Source of the DNA: Nemertoderma westbladi
Lineage: Eukaryota > Animalia > Xenacoelomorpha
Assembly: GCA_032718475.1 (NCBI GenBank)
Contig: JAUCBJ010002012.1
Location: 1-35,642 of the forward strand
Direction: 5' to 3'
DNA: 35,642 nucleotides
The position numbers and the translations under genes are program-made. Each line of letters starts with the position of its first letter. The stretch's first letter is position 1. Under the pieces are notes generated by a model, which saw only the letters and a list, made by a program, of their open reading frames with translations, was not told the DNA's origin and searched no databases. Shown piece after piece: positions 11,592 to 21,968 of the stretch.

Positions 11592-11888
11592 CAAAGTGTT
11601 TGTCAGCCCGTTGTGAGTCCCAACTGTTGGTACCTTTCCGAGTCCTTTTCAGGCTCGTAATAACGCCGGTCGTGGAACCCACTCCAGTTAGGCAGTCCTC
11701 GTCGAACCCTTCCTCCATCTAGTCGGTCGATCCTTCGCAAGTCCCTGGTGTAGTCGGCAAGCTTTTCGAGTCCCTTTCAGGCTCGTAATAACTGCCGGCG
11801 ACCAGGGACCGCTAAGGATCTGTCTGTCGGTTCCCATCGCAAATCCCTGACACAATCAGCAGACTTTCCGAGTCCTTATTCAGGCTCG
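11428..11888 (-). repeat. Four leader copies of the hairpin CGAG-CCT-GAAA-AGG-A-CTCG
   Basis: Copies at 11428-11446, 11639-11657, 11767-11785, 11869-11888; further copies at 9204-9222, 5329-5347 and 2307-2325. Confidence 0.9.
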
Positions 11889-12260
11889 TAATAACTGCTG
11901 TTGGCCAGGAACCGCTAAGGGCAGTCCTTGTCCCTAGGCCTAGCGAGTTACCAAATCCACCTCTACAGGCAGCAGGAAGTTGGCTAGGCCTAAATGGTAT
12001 CAGGTAAACCTGAGTACTGCTTGATTTTGCCTCCCACCCTAGGTCCTTAAATATCTGATATGAGTCCCGTGCCCCATAAGTCGCCCCAATATTCGCCCGT
12101 AAATCACCCCCAGTCCATTGAATGTACCCAAATTCCATGTTCCCGCACCCAGTACTGATATTGGAATATTCATTATAAATAAATCCAAAAAATATTCAAC
12201 TCGCGTTATGAAAAGTTGAAATACCGCGAACAAGGTGCACAATCAAAATTCGGGAATTTA

Positions 12261-12700
12261 GATTATTTTTGACGTTCTATAAACCAAATCGATAATTTCT
12301 GACAATTTGAGACAGGTCTCGTACTCTGAAAATTTGTCTGTAATCAAAACATGTATGTTTGTCGGTCAGTATGTTTGTCGGTCTTTTTTTTATTCTGGAA
12401 TTTCGATTATTTTTGACGTTCTATAAACTAAATCGATAATTTCTGACAATTTGAGACAGGTCTCGTACTCTGAAAATTTGTCTGTATGGCTGTTTGTCGG
12501 ACAGTATGTTTGTCGGTCTTTTTTTTTATTCTGGAATTTCGATGATTTTTTACGTTCTATAAACTAAATCGATAATTTCTGACAATATGAGACAGGTCTC
12601 GATCTCTGAAAATGTGTCTTTATGGCTTTTTTGTTGGCCAGTATGTCTCATATTGTCAGAAATTATCGATTTTAGTTTATAGAATGTCAAAAATAATCGA
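12261..12700. repeat. Three ~140-bp direct repeats followed by an inverted partial copy
   Basis: GATTATTTTTGACGTTCTATAAAC...GACAGGTCTCG starts at 12261, 12405 and 12541; a reverse-complement copy lies at about 12645-12700. Confidence 0.9.
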
Positions 12701-12837
12701 ATAAAATATAATGACAAAAAAATACATAGATCATATCGAATCCACATTATTAAAATATAATTACGAATTTTTTATTCGAATTACAGTATTTCTCCAAGAA
12801 ATGCAGAACCGCAGTGGGATTGTCAACCGCAGTGAGA

Positions 12838-15800
12838 TCATTTATAAATTAAAATCCACCAGATGAGTATGACGTAGTGTCTTTCTTTGCATATTTCTTC
12901 AGCACTTTTTAACTTCCTCTTCTCGTTTATATCGCTCACCTTGCGTGACATTTCCCCTTGATCTTCATCTAGTTGAAGCTTCCTCAATAGTAGTTGTTCA
13001 GCTGAGCAGCCACGGTTATGGATAAGGACAGTGTGTGCCACGTGAAATCTGAGTGTACTGAGCCCTACAATTTTTTTCTTAGGACAACGATTCCATAGTC
13101 TCGAGTGAAGGGATTCATTTCTATTTTGAGTAAATCCAGGAATACATCGTATAAGAATATCAGTCGTTGTCAGTCTTGAATAAACTGGTAGAATGTGCTT
13201 CAAATCTTCCTGTTTGATGAACGGTGCTCCAGCATTCCTCTCTTCTCCATTGATATATTTACACCATTTTCCTGTAGGGCGAAATTTATGTTGTTCAGTG
13301 GGAAGTATTTCTCCATAGTCGGTGTGGTGATAAACGGCTGCAGTTATTTCATTTCTAATTTTACAGACCAGGGTATCTTTCTCGGAAATTGTCAACTTGT
13401 CAACATCATCAGTGTCTTTTACATTGTTAACAATTGTATTTCGATAGTAAGAAGCCATCTGTGGGGCGAGCGACGAAAGTAAGAGTGCTTAGCATACAGG
13501 TACCACTAACTCAATCAGTGTGTCTGTTGTTCTGTCGATCTGTCGTGTCCAATTTTAAACGTTAATAACTCAGCCAAATGTTAATGAAATTTAACCAAAC
13601 TTGGTACACATGTAGTCTGGCAAAAGTTTAGAAAATTTACAAGTTGAATTTCCATGTGGCCTTCGAGAAGCTAAGATAATAGCAGTTAATTAAGTTTATT
13701 AGGGGAAACACAGCATTTTCAACATGCCTGTTAAAGAAAATTAATTATTTTACAGTATAAGATTTAAATAATTATACTCAAAAATTATACAGATGTAATC
13801 CACATACACCATTCTATTATAGTTTTTAATTAGTTCAAGTGATTTGCATTAATAAATGTGTCTTTAATTGATCTAAACGTAATTAAAGCGGCACAATTAT
13901 TGAGTACAATTTTAATCCTGCCCATTATTGGTCAACATAGTCTCTGCGGGGGTGTAGAGCTGCTAGCTGGCTGGGAGATGTTGGTGTAGCCTGTATTTCA
14001 ATTCCTATTGACTCTATACTATAAATGTTGTATTACTTACTATCTCAGGTGACAGAAGATATAGTGAGTGTTGTAGGCTTATATCTGAAATAGTTTATTC
14101 CGCAATATATTTGTCTGGTTATTTTTTAATTGAATTTTTGCAAAGTAGTAAAATTAATGTTCTTAATAATAATATTATTATTTTATATATAACCTAGGAA
14201 ATTAGCAACATATTTTCGCTGCAGCTTTAAGAGTGTACATTGATTTAATATTATTTCAATACCCATATTACTACATCGGCATACGATGCGTTGGCATTGT
14301 ATCACATATCTCCACATAGATGTATCAGCAGTTACTCGCACAGTTTCGAAACTTTGCATAGTTAGTTATAACTGTATAAAAATCGTCAGTCTTGATTTAG
14401 GAAATATGTTTAAATACAAAACAGGACGAGCACAACGACGTTTATAATAATGAAGACGAGTACTGCCTACTGCGCTGATTATATTCCTATAAACCATACT
14501 TGGCTTCACCTATTGAGGGCATCGGTAGTTATAAAGTACTGGTGGGTGGGAAGGGCGGGGGGGGGGGGTGCAGATTAAAACGGGTGAACACGTACTGTCC
14601 CCCTTTCTTTGATTGATTGGTGGTGTGGGTAAATTTCTCAAAACCTGATTTTGTGATACAGTCGCTCAATTTTAATCTGTATCTGATAACTGAGCCTCGT
14701 CCTGCGCGATGGCCCCACGAACGTGTTGACATCGTTTATCTGTCAATCCACCAATCCCACCAAGTTTATGATCTTTTCTAGCCTTTGATAGGCCTGTGAA
14801 GACTCTGTGATTGATGCACTCCTTCTTTGTGACGGGATCGTAGATCCCGACCGGGTTAGATTTAGTACGCGTCACCATTCTGCTGGGTCTGTTGAGCTAT
14901 TGTTGTTTGGCCAAAGGCCGTCGGGGAAAATAACAGAGTTTGTGTTTCTCAATGTTAATGTTCCGAATGATAATACAGTAGCACAGAATCAGTACGTAAT
15001 TGATACCACAATACAGATTGACAGCAGTAAATCAGTAATAGATATTGGTTAGCGACGGTCGTAAACTATGACCGGTCTGCAACTCTGTGATTGATCAACT
15101 GACCGGTAAATCAGTAATACAGAATAATATATGATTGATACACACGGATATTGGTTTCACCTCTTACTCTACTTGGCCTTCTGTACCCAGTGGATGCTTT
15201 CCTATCTCTGTTCACGTGTTCCCTTGCCTGCTATTGGCTTATATACTAATTGTCACTTTGGCACTCCCTGTGAGTGTTTCCCCCCGCCGCTAGCCTCTAC
15301 TAGCTGTGTTGTCGCTCCGAGGTGGTTTGACATCTCTCTGTGGCTTTAGGGCTTGTCCCCCCCCCCCCCCCCCCCCAAAGTTGGTTATGAGGCGAGAATA
15401 TTATTGGTAATCTCGTATCGCCAGCTATATTGGTAAAATGCCACTGGTCCCATTTTCGGGTGGATAATACAATGGAATTGAATCCGCTTACATTCTTCTC
15501 AATGACTATTCCCTGTTCTTCTTATGGATCTGCCTCTCTCAGTTTTATCGAGCACTCATGATCACTGTACTGTGGGTCACCCAAACAAATATTGCAGTAT
15601 TTGGAGCAAATATCGAAGTCGAGAACCATGCCAGTCATTTCAGAAATGATAAATCCAACTCCATAGAGCGATTGGTGTCCCATTTTCATCCATGTACCAA
15701 CAAATGATATAGTAATATTCGATCCATCTTCTTTCATTGCCATGTTCTTGCAATTACCCCGTGCTAGGTGGTCGGTAACCTGAGAGATCTTTATCACCGC

Positions 15801-16643
15801 TTCATCCCAGGCCCTTTTCGATAGAGGATAAGGTATGCTCATTATCCGGGAGAAAATTTCAGCATCTGCCTGTGTAGACCCGATTGACAACCATGCCAAT
15901 ATAGATCGCAGGTTAATTTCTTTTCACCAACTACATGTTTGACATGTACCACTATAGGTAATTTCATACCCCCGACTTGATGTAGCACATACTTTCGCAC
16001 CAACCTTGCACCAATGAGTCGAATGACCATCTGAAATTAGTTGCTTCAAAATATCGGTTGATAAAATATCGTACCCTCCAAAAATACTGGTACCAGACGC
16101 TGGTAACGGATCAGCTAGCCCTGTAGCCATTACAGATGGGTTCCGCGTTCTTGTTTCATCACTAATTGCCGCTTGGTTTGTTCCAGTGTCTTCTTTATTC
16201 TTCTCGTTCAGCGCTCCTCGAAATCCAGCTCTCTTTGTTTTAGATTTCTCAGGCATACCGGTAGGTATAGGCCTATGGTATATGGGGGCTATGCTAATAT
16301 GTAATAAACTACAGGCAGGGACTGTCAGACTGTCAGATTGTAAAAAAACAATAAAATAGGAAGTGTAATATGACAATGATCGTAAATGGTAATGGCAATA
16401 CCGGGCATGGACTACGACTTGAACTGCAACAAAATAAGCAATTAATGTCAAAATAATATTTTTTAAATAATTTTCGACTCAATGTACGTACAGTAAGGCC
16501 AGAAAAAGGGATATTGTAAAAAAACGAAGAAAGTTGGTGTCTTATAGATACGATTTTCAGAATCTACTTGAAATTTAGATCTTAAAACGGCGAAAAAAAA
16601 TTTCACTTTTTTTTTAATTATCCCCCCCCCCCCCCCCCCCCCC
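12838..16643 (-). mobile_element. Mutator-like/Kolobok-type DNA transposon, fragmented transposase
   Basis: N part about 16256-15545 (ISFVGTWMKMGH...GMVLD...SKYCNIC; catalytic DGxW reads VGTW). Middle about 14880-14724 (GDA, KKECINH, GGLTD). C part 13461-12880 (YYRNTI, GKWCKY, TQNRNESLHSRLWNRCPK). The right end is a C-run abutting TTAA at 16644-16647. Superfamily assignment is from recalled motifs. Confidence 0.8.
13463..14723. mobile_element. Non-coding ~1.26-kb insertion splitting the transposase, apparent TGT target duplication
   Basis: Removing it and one TGT restores ...GAT AAA CGA TGT CAA CAG ATG GCT TCT TAC (DKRCQQMASYY). GGGGC at the left end and GCCCC at 14712-14716 form a short subterminal inverted pair. 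Confidence 0.7.
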
Positions 16644-17466
16644 TTAATACACTGAATCCGGGGTCTACCGAAAATCCACGACAGGCCACTGGTTGAACGA
16701 CACCAGGTTCCGTGAGCGAAACCTGGAGTCAAGTGGGAAAGGAGGTAGGCATTCTACTAGTAGTCAGGTAGACAGAGGGGTCCACCGTTACTTTGGGTCA
16801 TCACGCATTTTTATTTGCTTAAACTTTAGTCGGACCTTAGAGTAATCAAAATCCGTCGGGTGCCACTTCGGCACCTTTGGGGAACTTTTTATAAAGCACT
16901 TAACCTAAGTTTCCATAGCAACCGGCATACAAGGTTTTATTTTGAGATAATCTGCGACCTTGCACCTATTGCCACAGCTCTTGTTAATTATTCTGAATAA
17001 GATTTCTAGAAGATTAGTTCCCATAGCAACATTATTAATCATAAATTTTGGCGTTTGGGATGTTTATTAAGATATGCCAACAATTAAACTTTAGATTATT
17101 TATGTAACTATTTAAAAAGCAAGCAATTATCATCACTGAGGGGTTATTAATCACATTTTGTTTTTCGTTTAATTAGATGAGTTAGTTTTCTCCTTGCAAA
17201 TGCAAATTTTGACGTTTATCTATCCAACGTTTGCAGAAAATAGGTACACAGTAGATTCAATGTGCCATCATTCTTTACATTTTATTATAAGAAGGGATCT
17301 AGGGGTCTTAACCTCGAATGATAAGTTTATTTTACCGAAAATAACTTATCTTTTATTGGCGCAATTGTAGGACTACTCCCATCACATGCGTACTTTTTAA
17401 CCGGGTAGTGTACAAATTTAGGAATCGCGTAATTTTTCTTGAAATTAATATCTCATATCTCTCCAA

Positions 17467-17509
17467 ACCACGTACGCGTTTCGACCTTACTGGGTCTCAT
17501 CAGCGTGGT
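17467..17509 (-). ncRNA. Minimal type I hammerhead ribozyme, copy 1
   Basis: Sense: ACCACG-CTGATGA-GACC-CAGTAA-GGTC-GAAA-CGCG-TA^-CGTGGT. Full core, 6-bp stem I, 4-bp stem II, palindromic CGCG stem III loop, GUA cleavage between 17473 and 17472. Confidence 0.92.
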
Positions 17510-17572
17510 GTCGGATTCGAACCTGGGACCTCGAGGCGGAAGCCGAGACTACAACCACTAGGCCACAGGTTC
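17510..17572 (-). promoter_or_regulatory. tRNA-derived Pol III internal promoter directly 5' of the hammerhead (second copy 17922-17984)
   Basis: A box TGGCCTAGTGG (17565-17555) and B box GGTTCGAATCC (17523-17513) at tRNA-like spacing. Confidence 0.8.
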
Positions 17573-17878
17573 TTGAGATATGGAGTATTAATTTCAAAGA
17601 CAGCTGCCATTTTATTAGCCCCTGATTTTTGATTATTGATAGTAACAATGTGTTGGCAAGCTGTATTTTTCGAGGTGTTTGTTATTATACATTTTATTAT
17701 AAGAAGGGATCTAGGGGTCTTAACCTCGAATGATAAGTTTATTTTACCGAAAATAACTTATCTTTTATTGGCGCAATTGTAGGACTAATCCCATCACATG
17801 CGTACTTTTTAACCGGGTAGTGTACAAATTTAGGAATCGCGTAATTTTTCTTGAAATTAATATCTCATATCTCTCCAA

Positions 17879-17921
17879 ACCACGTACGCGTTTCGACCTT
17901 ACTGGGTCTCATCAGCGTGGT
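17879..17921 (-). ncRNA. Minimal type I hammerhead ribozyme, copy 2
   Basis: Identical to copy 1, 412 bp away. Confidence 0.92.
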
Positions 17922-18227
17922 GTCGGATTCGAACCTGGGACCTCGAGGCGGAAGCCGAGACTACAACCACTAGGCCACAGGTTCTTGAGATATGGAGTAT
18001 TAATTTCAAAGACAGCTGACATTTTATTAGCCCCTGATTTTTGATTATTGATAGTAACAATGTGTTGGCAAGCTGTATTTTTCGAGGTGTTTGTTATTAT
18101 ACATTTTATTATAAGAAGGGATCTAGGGGTCTTAACCTCGAATGATAAGTTTATTTAACCTCGAAAAATACAGCTTGCCAACACATTGTTACTATCAATA
18201 ATCAAAAATCAGGGGCTAATAAAATGG

Positions 18228-20148
18228 GGCAATGGACGAGACGCCAGGATCCGGTATCAGTTTGTCATTGATCGCCATCCAACCAAACTTGTTAATAGCC
18301 AACAGTGGAGGTGCAGGATCATCAGCAGCTCTCCAAAAAAGAACTTGCAAACGAGCCCGTTTTACATGTTGTACAGCGGCACTCTGTGTGGGGGGAAGGT
18401 TGAATTCAAATCTGACTTCGAAATTCGAGGAAAATATATGTTATTTGGAACTCCTCCAGAGCTCCCTGTGGACGTCTGCAGTAACTCCATAGCTGTTGAG
18501 TGGGAGTCACGAAGACCATTTGGGGTAAATACATTTAGGTCAAAGTTATCAATTAACGCGCTAATTGGTTGATGGTTTTTGTTAAAATAATCCAAAATAT
18601 CGCCAGATGAAAGACCACGTTCTCATGTAAATTTTGCAGCAGACTTTCTGAAACGTAGCACTTCATCATATATATAGTTGGCAATATATCCTAGTGAATG
18701 CAAGAAATCTATAAGTTCCCAGCTTCCAAATAGATAATGAAGCTTTATAACCATCCCAAGTGTTGTTTGGTTATACACTCCACTTATTAGTGCCTGTATA
18801 GACTGCGCCGCCAAGGATACAGGTTTGTACTTTGCATTAGTGCCTGTATAGACTGCACCAAGGATACAGGTTTGTACTGGTTTGTACAGGTTATACTGTA
18901 TATGTGACAGTGTTGTCTATGGAAACATCAACCGTTTCAACCGAAGATATTACATCAGATAATGCATCTTGGATACATATAATGCTAGCACATCCATTTA
19001 CCTTTAGAAATAAGAGCCGGTTTCCATACCATTCTTCCAGCTTTATAGCCAGTTTTGAACGCTCTTTACGAATCGAATGGTCTCATGTTCAGCATCGCCT
19101 TAAATAAAATAGAAATTAATTATTATTAAAAATTAATTATCAAAAATCATTTAGCAGTTTTGCTGGAGACAAGTACTTAAAATAACTTAACAGATTAAAG
19201 TACTTAAAGAAAAAAGTATTAAACATTAAAAAAACAAGCTAGAAAAAAATACCAGCTAGTAAAAAAACACTAGCTTCCGTTAAATATTATTTACCGTTAA
19301 ATATTATTTACCGTTAAATATTATTTACCATTAAATATTATTTACCGTTAAATAAATAGTTATTACACACTCTTTAAAATTAGTTAGTTAGAACTTACCT
19401 GAACCATTATTACGACATGTAGATGTTGAAGCGAATTCGGAATGCAAGATGCGACAGTACACTGAATGCAATTGTACCGATGTCCATAACCTATTTTTGT
19501 TCTGTTCCATTTCCTTTACAACTTCTCTAAACGCAACGTCCTTTTTTACATCTGAAAAGGGTATTGCTTTACGGAGAGCCGTTAAAATGCTTCGTGGGGC
19601 CCGAAATGAACTATGGCAGGATTTATGATATTGGGACACAGAAGTTAGGTCTACGCCTTCCAGGCGAAGTTTGATAGTTTCTGCTAAATTATCACCATGA
19701 GTTGGAATTCGCAAATCACAAACCCGGAGAAATTCTTCCTTAACAACCTTGGTCTTGCACTGAACCACCCTCTCCCAGCGATTAGGATGCCTATCATCTC
19801 TCTTTAGACAAACTTTACCACATATGACACAATCGCGCTCATATTTTATAAGTACATCAGAACGCAATTTTTTTTCACAGGTGGTTCTGGTAATTTCTGT
19901 GAGTTGGAAATGTGTCGTCGTTTTAACTCACGCTCCAAATGTTGATTCGAAGTATATGTAGAAATGCACTGTTTGTGAAAAATAACATTCAGTTCCGAAT
20001 CGTTATTAAGCTTTCGCTGAAGAATCTCATTGAGGTTATCACTTTCACGGGCTACACTAAAAGCTATGATGTTCTTTATGCGAATAGGACCTCCAATGAT
20101 TAGTGTTCCAGATGTTTTTCGGCAAAACAGACACGAATCATCCATCAT
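18228..20148 (-). pseudogene. Decayed large DNA-transposon-type protein gene (CMC/Chapaev-like; family uncertain)
   Basis: Fragments CLFC...FHKQCISTYTS, CVICGK...YHKSCHSSF, LEEWYGNRLLFLKVNGCASII, GMVIKLHYLFGSWELIDFLHSLGY...YDEV, DNFDLNVFTPNG...H. Probable GT-AG intron 19398-19099. 3' part is lost at the 412-bp repeat. Confidence 0.6.
19277..19352. repeat. 17-bp tandem repeat (about 4.5 copies) inside the putative intron
   Basis: CCGTTAAATATTATTTA repeated. Confidence 0.9.
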
Positions 20149-20312
20149 TTAGCGCCGATTAAATAACAGTACATGATGTTGGGATGTTTCACCTTCGATT
20201 GTCCTATTATTATACATATTTCGTCTTTTGAAACGTAAATAGGGTACTAGTTCGTCATGTCGAAACCCCCCCCCCCCCCCCCCCCCCCCCCATCCAATTG
20301 TTTTCCACGAGC

Positions 20313-20843
20313 TAAAGTTTCTTACATTTTTATATATTATTTTCTAGAACATAGTCAACATTCTATAATATTTTTTATTCTAGCTTCTATTTATCAAAAT
20401 ACTACCTATTAAAAAAAAAACCCAAAATATTTTGTTTACACTTTTTGCATGTTATTCTGGAATATTTTAGAAATTTCAATTTAGCTAAATTCATTTTCAA
20501 CACAACTAAAACTGCTACCAACCATAAAAAACACTAGCTATGTAAAATACAAAACAAGTTACGTAATATTATTTTTTGATTTTATGAATATATGTGACGC
20601 TGTGTGCTGCCATAAAAAATACTAGCTATATCAATTTCAATAAATAAGACTAATCACCAATAAACTGTGTTTATAAACCAAGTTAAATTTCGAGGCGGTA
20701 GGCAATATATAAACGAAGCGGTTAACGAAACGGCATTGATAACGAGCATAGGCGTAGGCCTACATACCGTTAAAAGATTTGCAAAACATTGTTAATCGAA
20801 TCTTTCATATCATAGCTAATTATACTGCAATTACAGTACATTC
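20313..20843. repeat. Dispersed non-coding repeat, copy A (copy B at 28796-29346)
   Basis: Long near-identical blocks, e.g. CAATTTAGCTAAATTCATTTTCAACACAACTAAAACTGCTACCAACC; both copies end at GCAATTACAGTACATTC. Confidence 0.88.
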
Positions 20844-21125
20844 CAAACTACTCTAACGATTTTGATGACATTTTCACGGACATTTGCACACTTCCGGAGA
20901 CGGGCCACCCCCACCAGCAACGCTGGTGTCAACCCCAATAGCACGGTTGTTATCGACGACTCAATGATTGTTTCCAATTTGGATGACATCCTTCCTGGAG
21001 GAACAAGTACACAATCAACGCACGAATCTACTTGGTCAGAGAGGCTGGGGAGTGGTCCAGTTCAAGATGTTTTGCATAGGTCGATGTGGAACGTCTCTTC
21101 ACATGTTACACCCCAATTAGTCGAC

Positions 21126-21815
21126 TCTGGACCGATGAGGAACGATCCATGTCTGCAAGGATCGATGAGGAGAGATCACGTTCCGCCTTGGTCGATGAGG
21201 AAAGATCACGTTCCGCCTGGGTCAATGCGGAACGATCCCATTCCGCCTGGGTCGATGAGGAATGATGACGTTCCACCTGGGTTGGTGAGGAACGATCACA
21301 TTCCACCTGGGTCGGTGAGGAATGATCACGTTCTGCCTGGGTTGATGAGGAACGATCTCGTTTCGCCTGGGTCGATGAGGAAAGATCACGTTCCGCCTGT
21401 GTCGATGAGGAACGATCACGTTCCGCCCGTGTCGATTAGGAACGATCTCGTTTCATCTGGGTCGATGAGGAACGATCATTTTCAGCCTGGGTCGATGAGG
21501 AACGATCACGTTCAGCCTGGGTCGATGAGGAACGATCACGTTTCGCCAGGGTCAATGAGGAAAGATCTCGTTCCGTCTGTGTCGATGAGGAACGATCTCG
21601 TTCCATCTGGGTCGATGAGGTACGATCACGTTCAGCCTGGGTCGATGAGGAACGATCACCTTTCGCCAGGGTCGATGAGGAACGATCACGTTTCGCCGGG
21701 GTCAATGAGGAACGATCCCGTTCCAACAGGGTCGCAGAGGAGCGATCATGTTACCCCTGGGGAAATGAGGAACGTTCCGGTTCCAACTGGGTCGCCGAGG
21801 AACGACCACATTTCA
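21126..21815 (+). repeat. Minisatellite of 23 x 30 bp encoding PGSMRNDHV(P/S/Q)
   Basis: Consensus CCTGGGTCGATGAGGAACGATCACGTTCCG; no indels; within ORF 20862-21932, in frame with ORF2 across a TGA. Confidence 0.95.
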
Positions 21816-21968
21816 CCTGGGTTAGCTGGATCACTATTAAACGTCTCATTTCAACCTGAGTCGACTGTGAATGATTCGGTTCAATTGGGGTTTGAGATGA
21901 CGCACAACGTTGATTCTAATGAATCAGTCTGACCCGCAGGTGTATCATCAATAAGTCTTGACGAGGAT

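Larger units (their letters stand above)
1..12150 (-). mobile_element. BEL/Pao LTR retrotransposon, decayed, probably including an extra 3' ORF; LTRs not identified in window
   Basis: Domain order gag-PR-RT-RNaseH-IN on the minus strand. The GC-rich repeated leader reaches about 12150. A shared hairpin links 2307-2325 to gag, pol and leader. The 5' boundary is approximate and the 3' end runs off the window. Confidence 0.8.
17276..18227 (-). mobile_element. 412-bp tandem retroelement (2 full copies, a partial copy and a 5' inverted piece); retrozyme or Penelope pLTR-like
   Basis: Units start at 17276, 17688 and 18100; the full copies differ at about 2 positions by eye. 18158-18227 is an inverted piece of the unit. 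Each full unit has A/B boxes and a hammerhead. Confidence 0.85.

Noticed and set aside
16848-16878. Primer-binding site of the BEL element (TGGCACCCGACGG on the minus strand)
   Set aside because: No tRNA 3' end that I can match; it is better explained as a GGTGCC-ACTTC-GGCACC hairpin and lies far from the leader.
17510-17572. Functional tRNA gene
   Set aside because: A and B boxes are present but there is no acceptor stem; the sequence runs straight into the hammerhead within a tandem repeat.
17408-18044. Duplicated 74-aa plus-strand ORFs as genes
   Set aside because: They are antisense to the tRNA/hammerhead unit, start at GTG and have no motif.
14556-20291. Long G/C homopolymers (14558, 15357, 16622, 20266) as a functional system
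   Set aside because: They lie in different elements, have no common context, and their lengths are prone to sequencing error.
21126-21815. CRISPR array
   Set aside because: The palindromic 30-bp units are contiguous with no unique spacers, there are no cas genes, and the context is a eukaryotic LINE.
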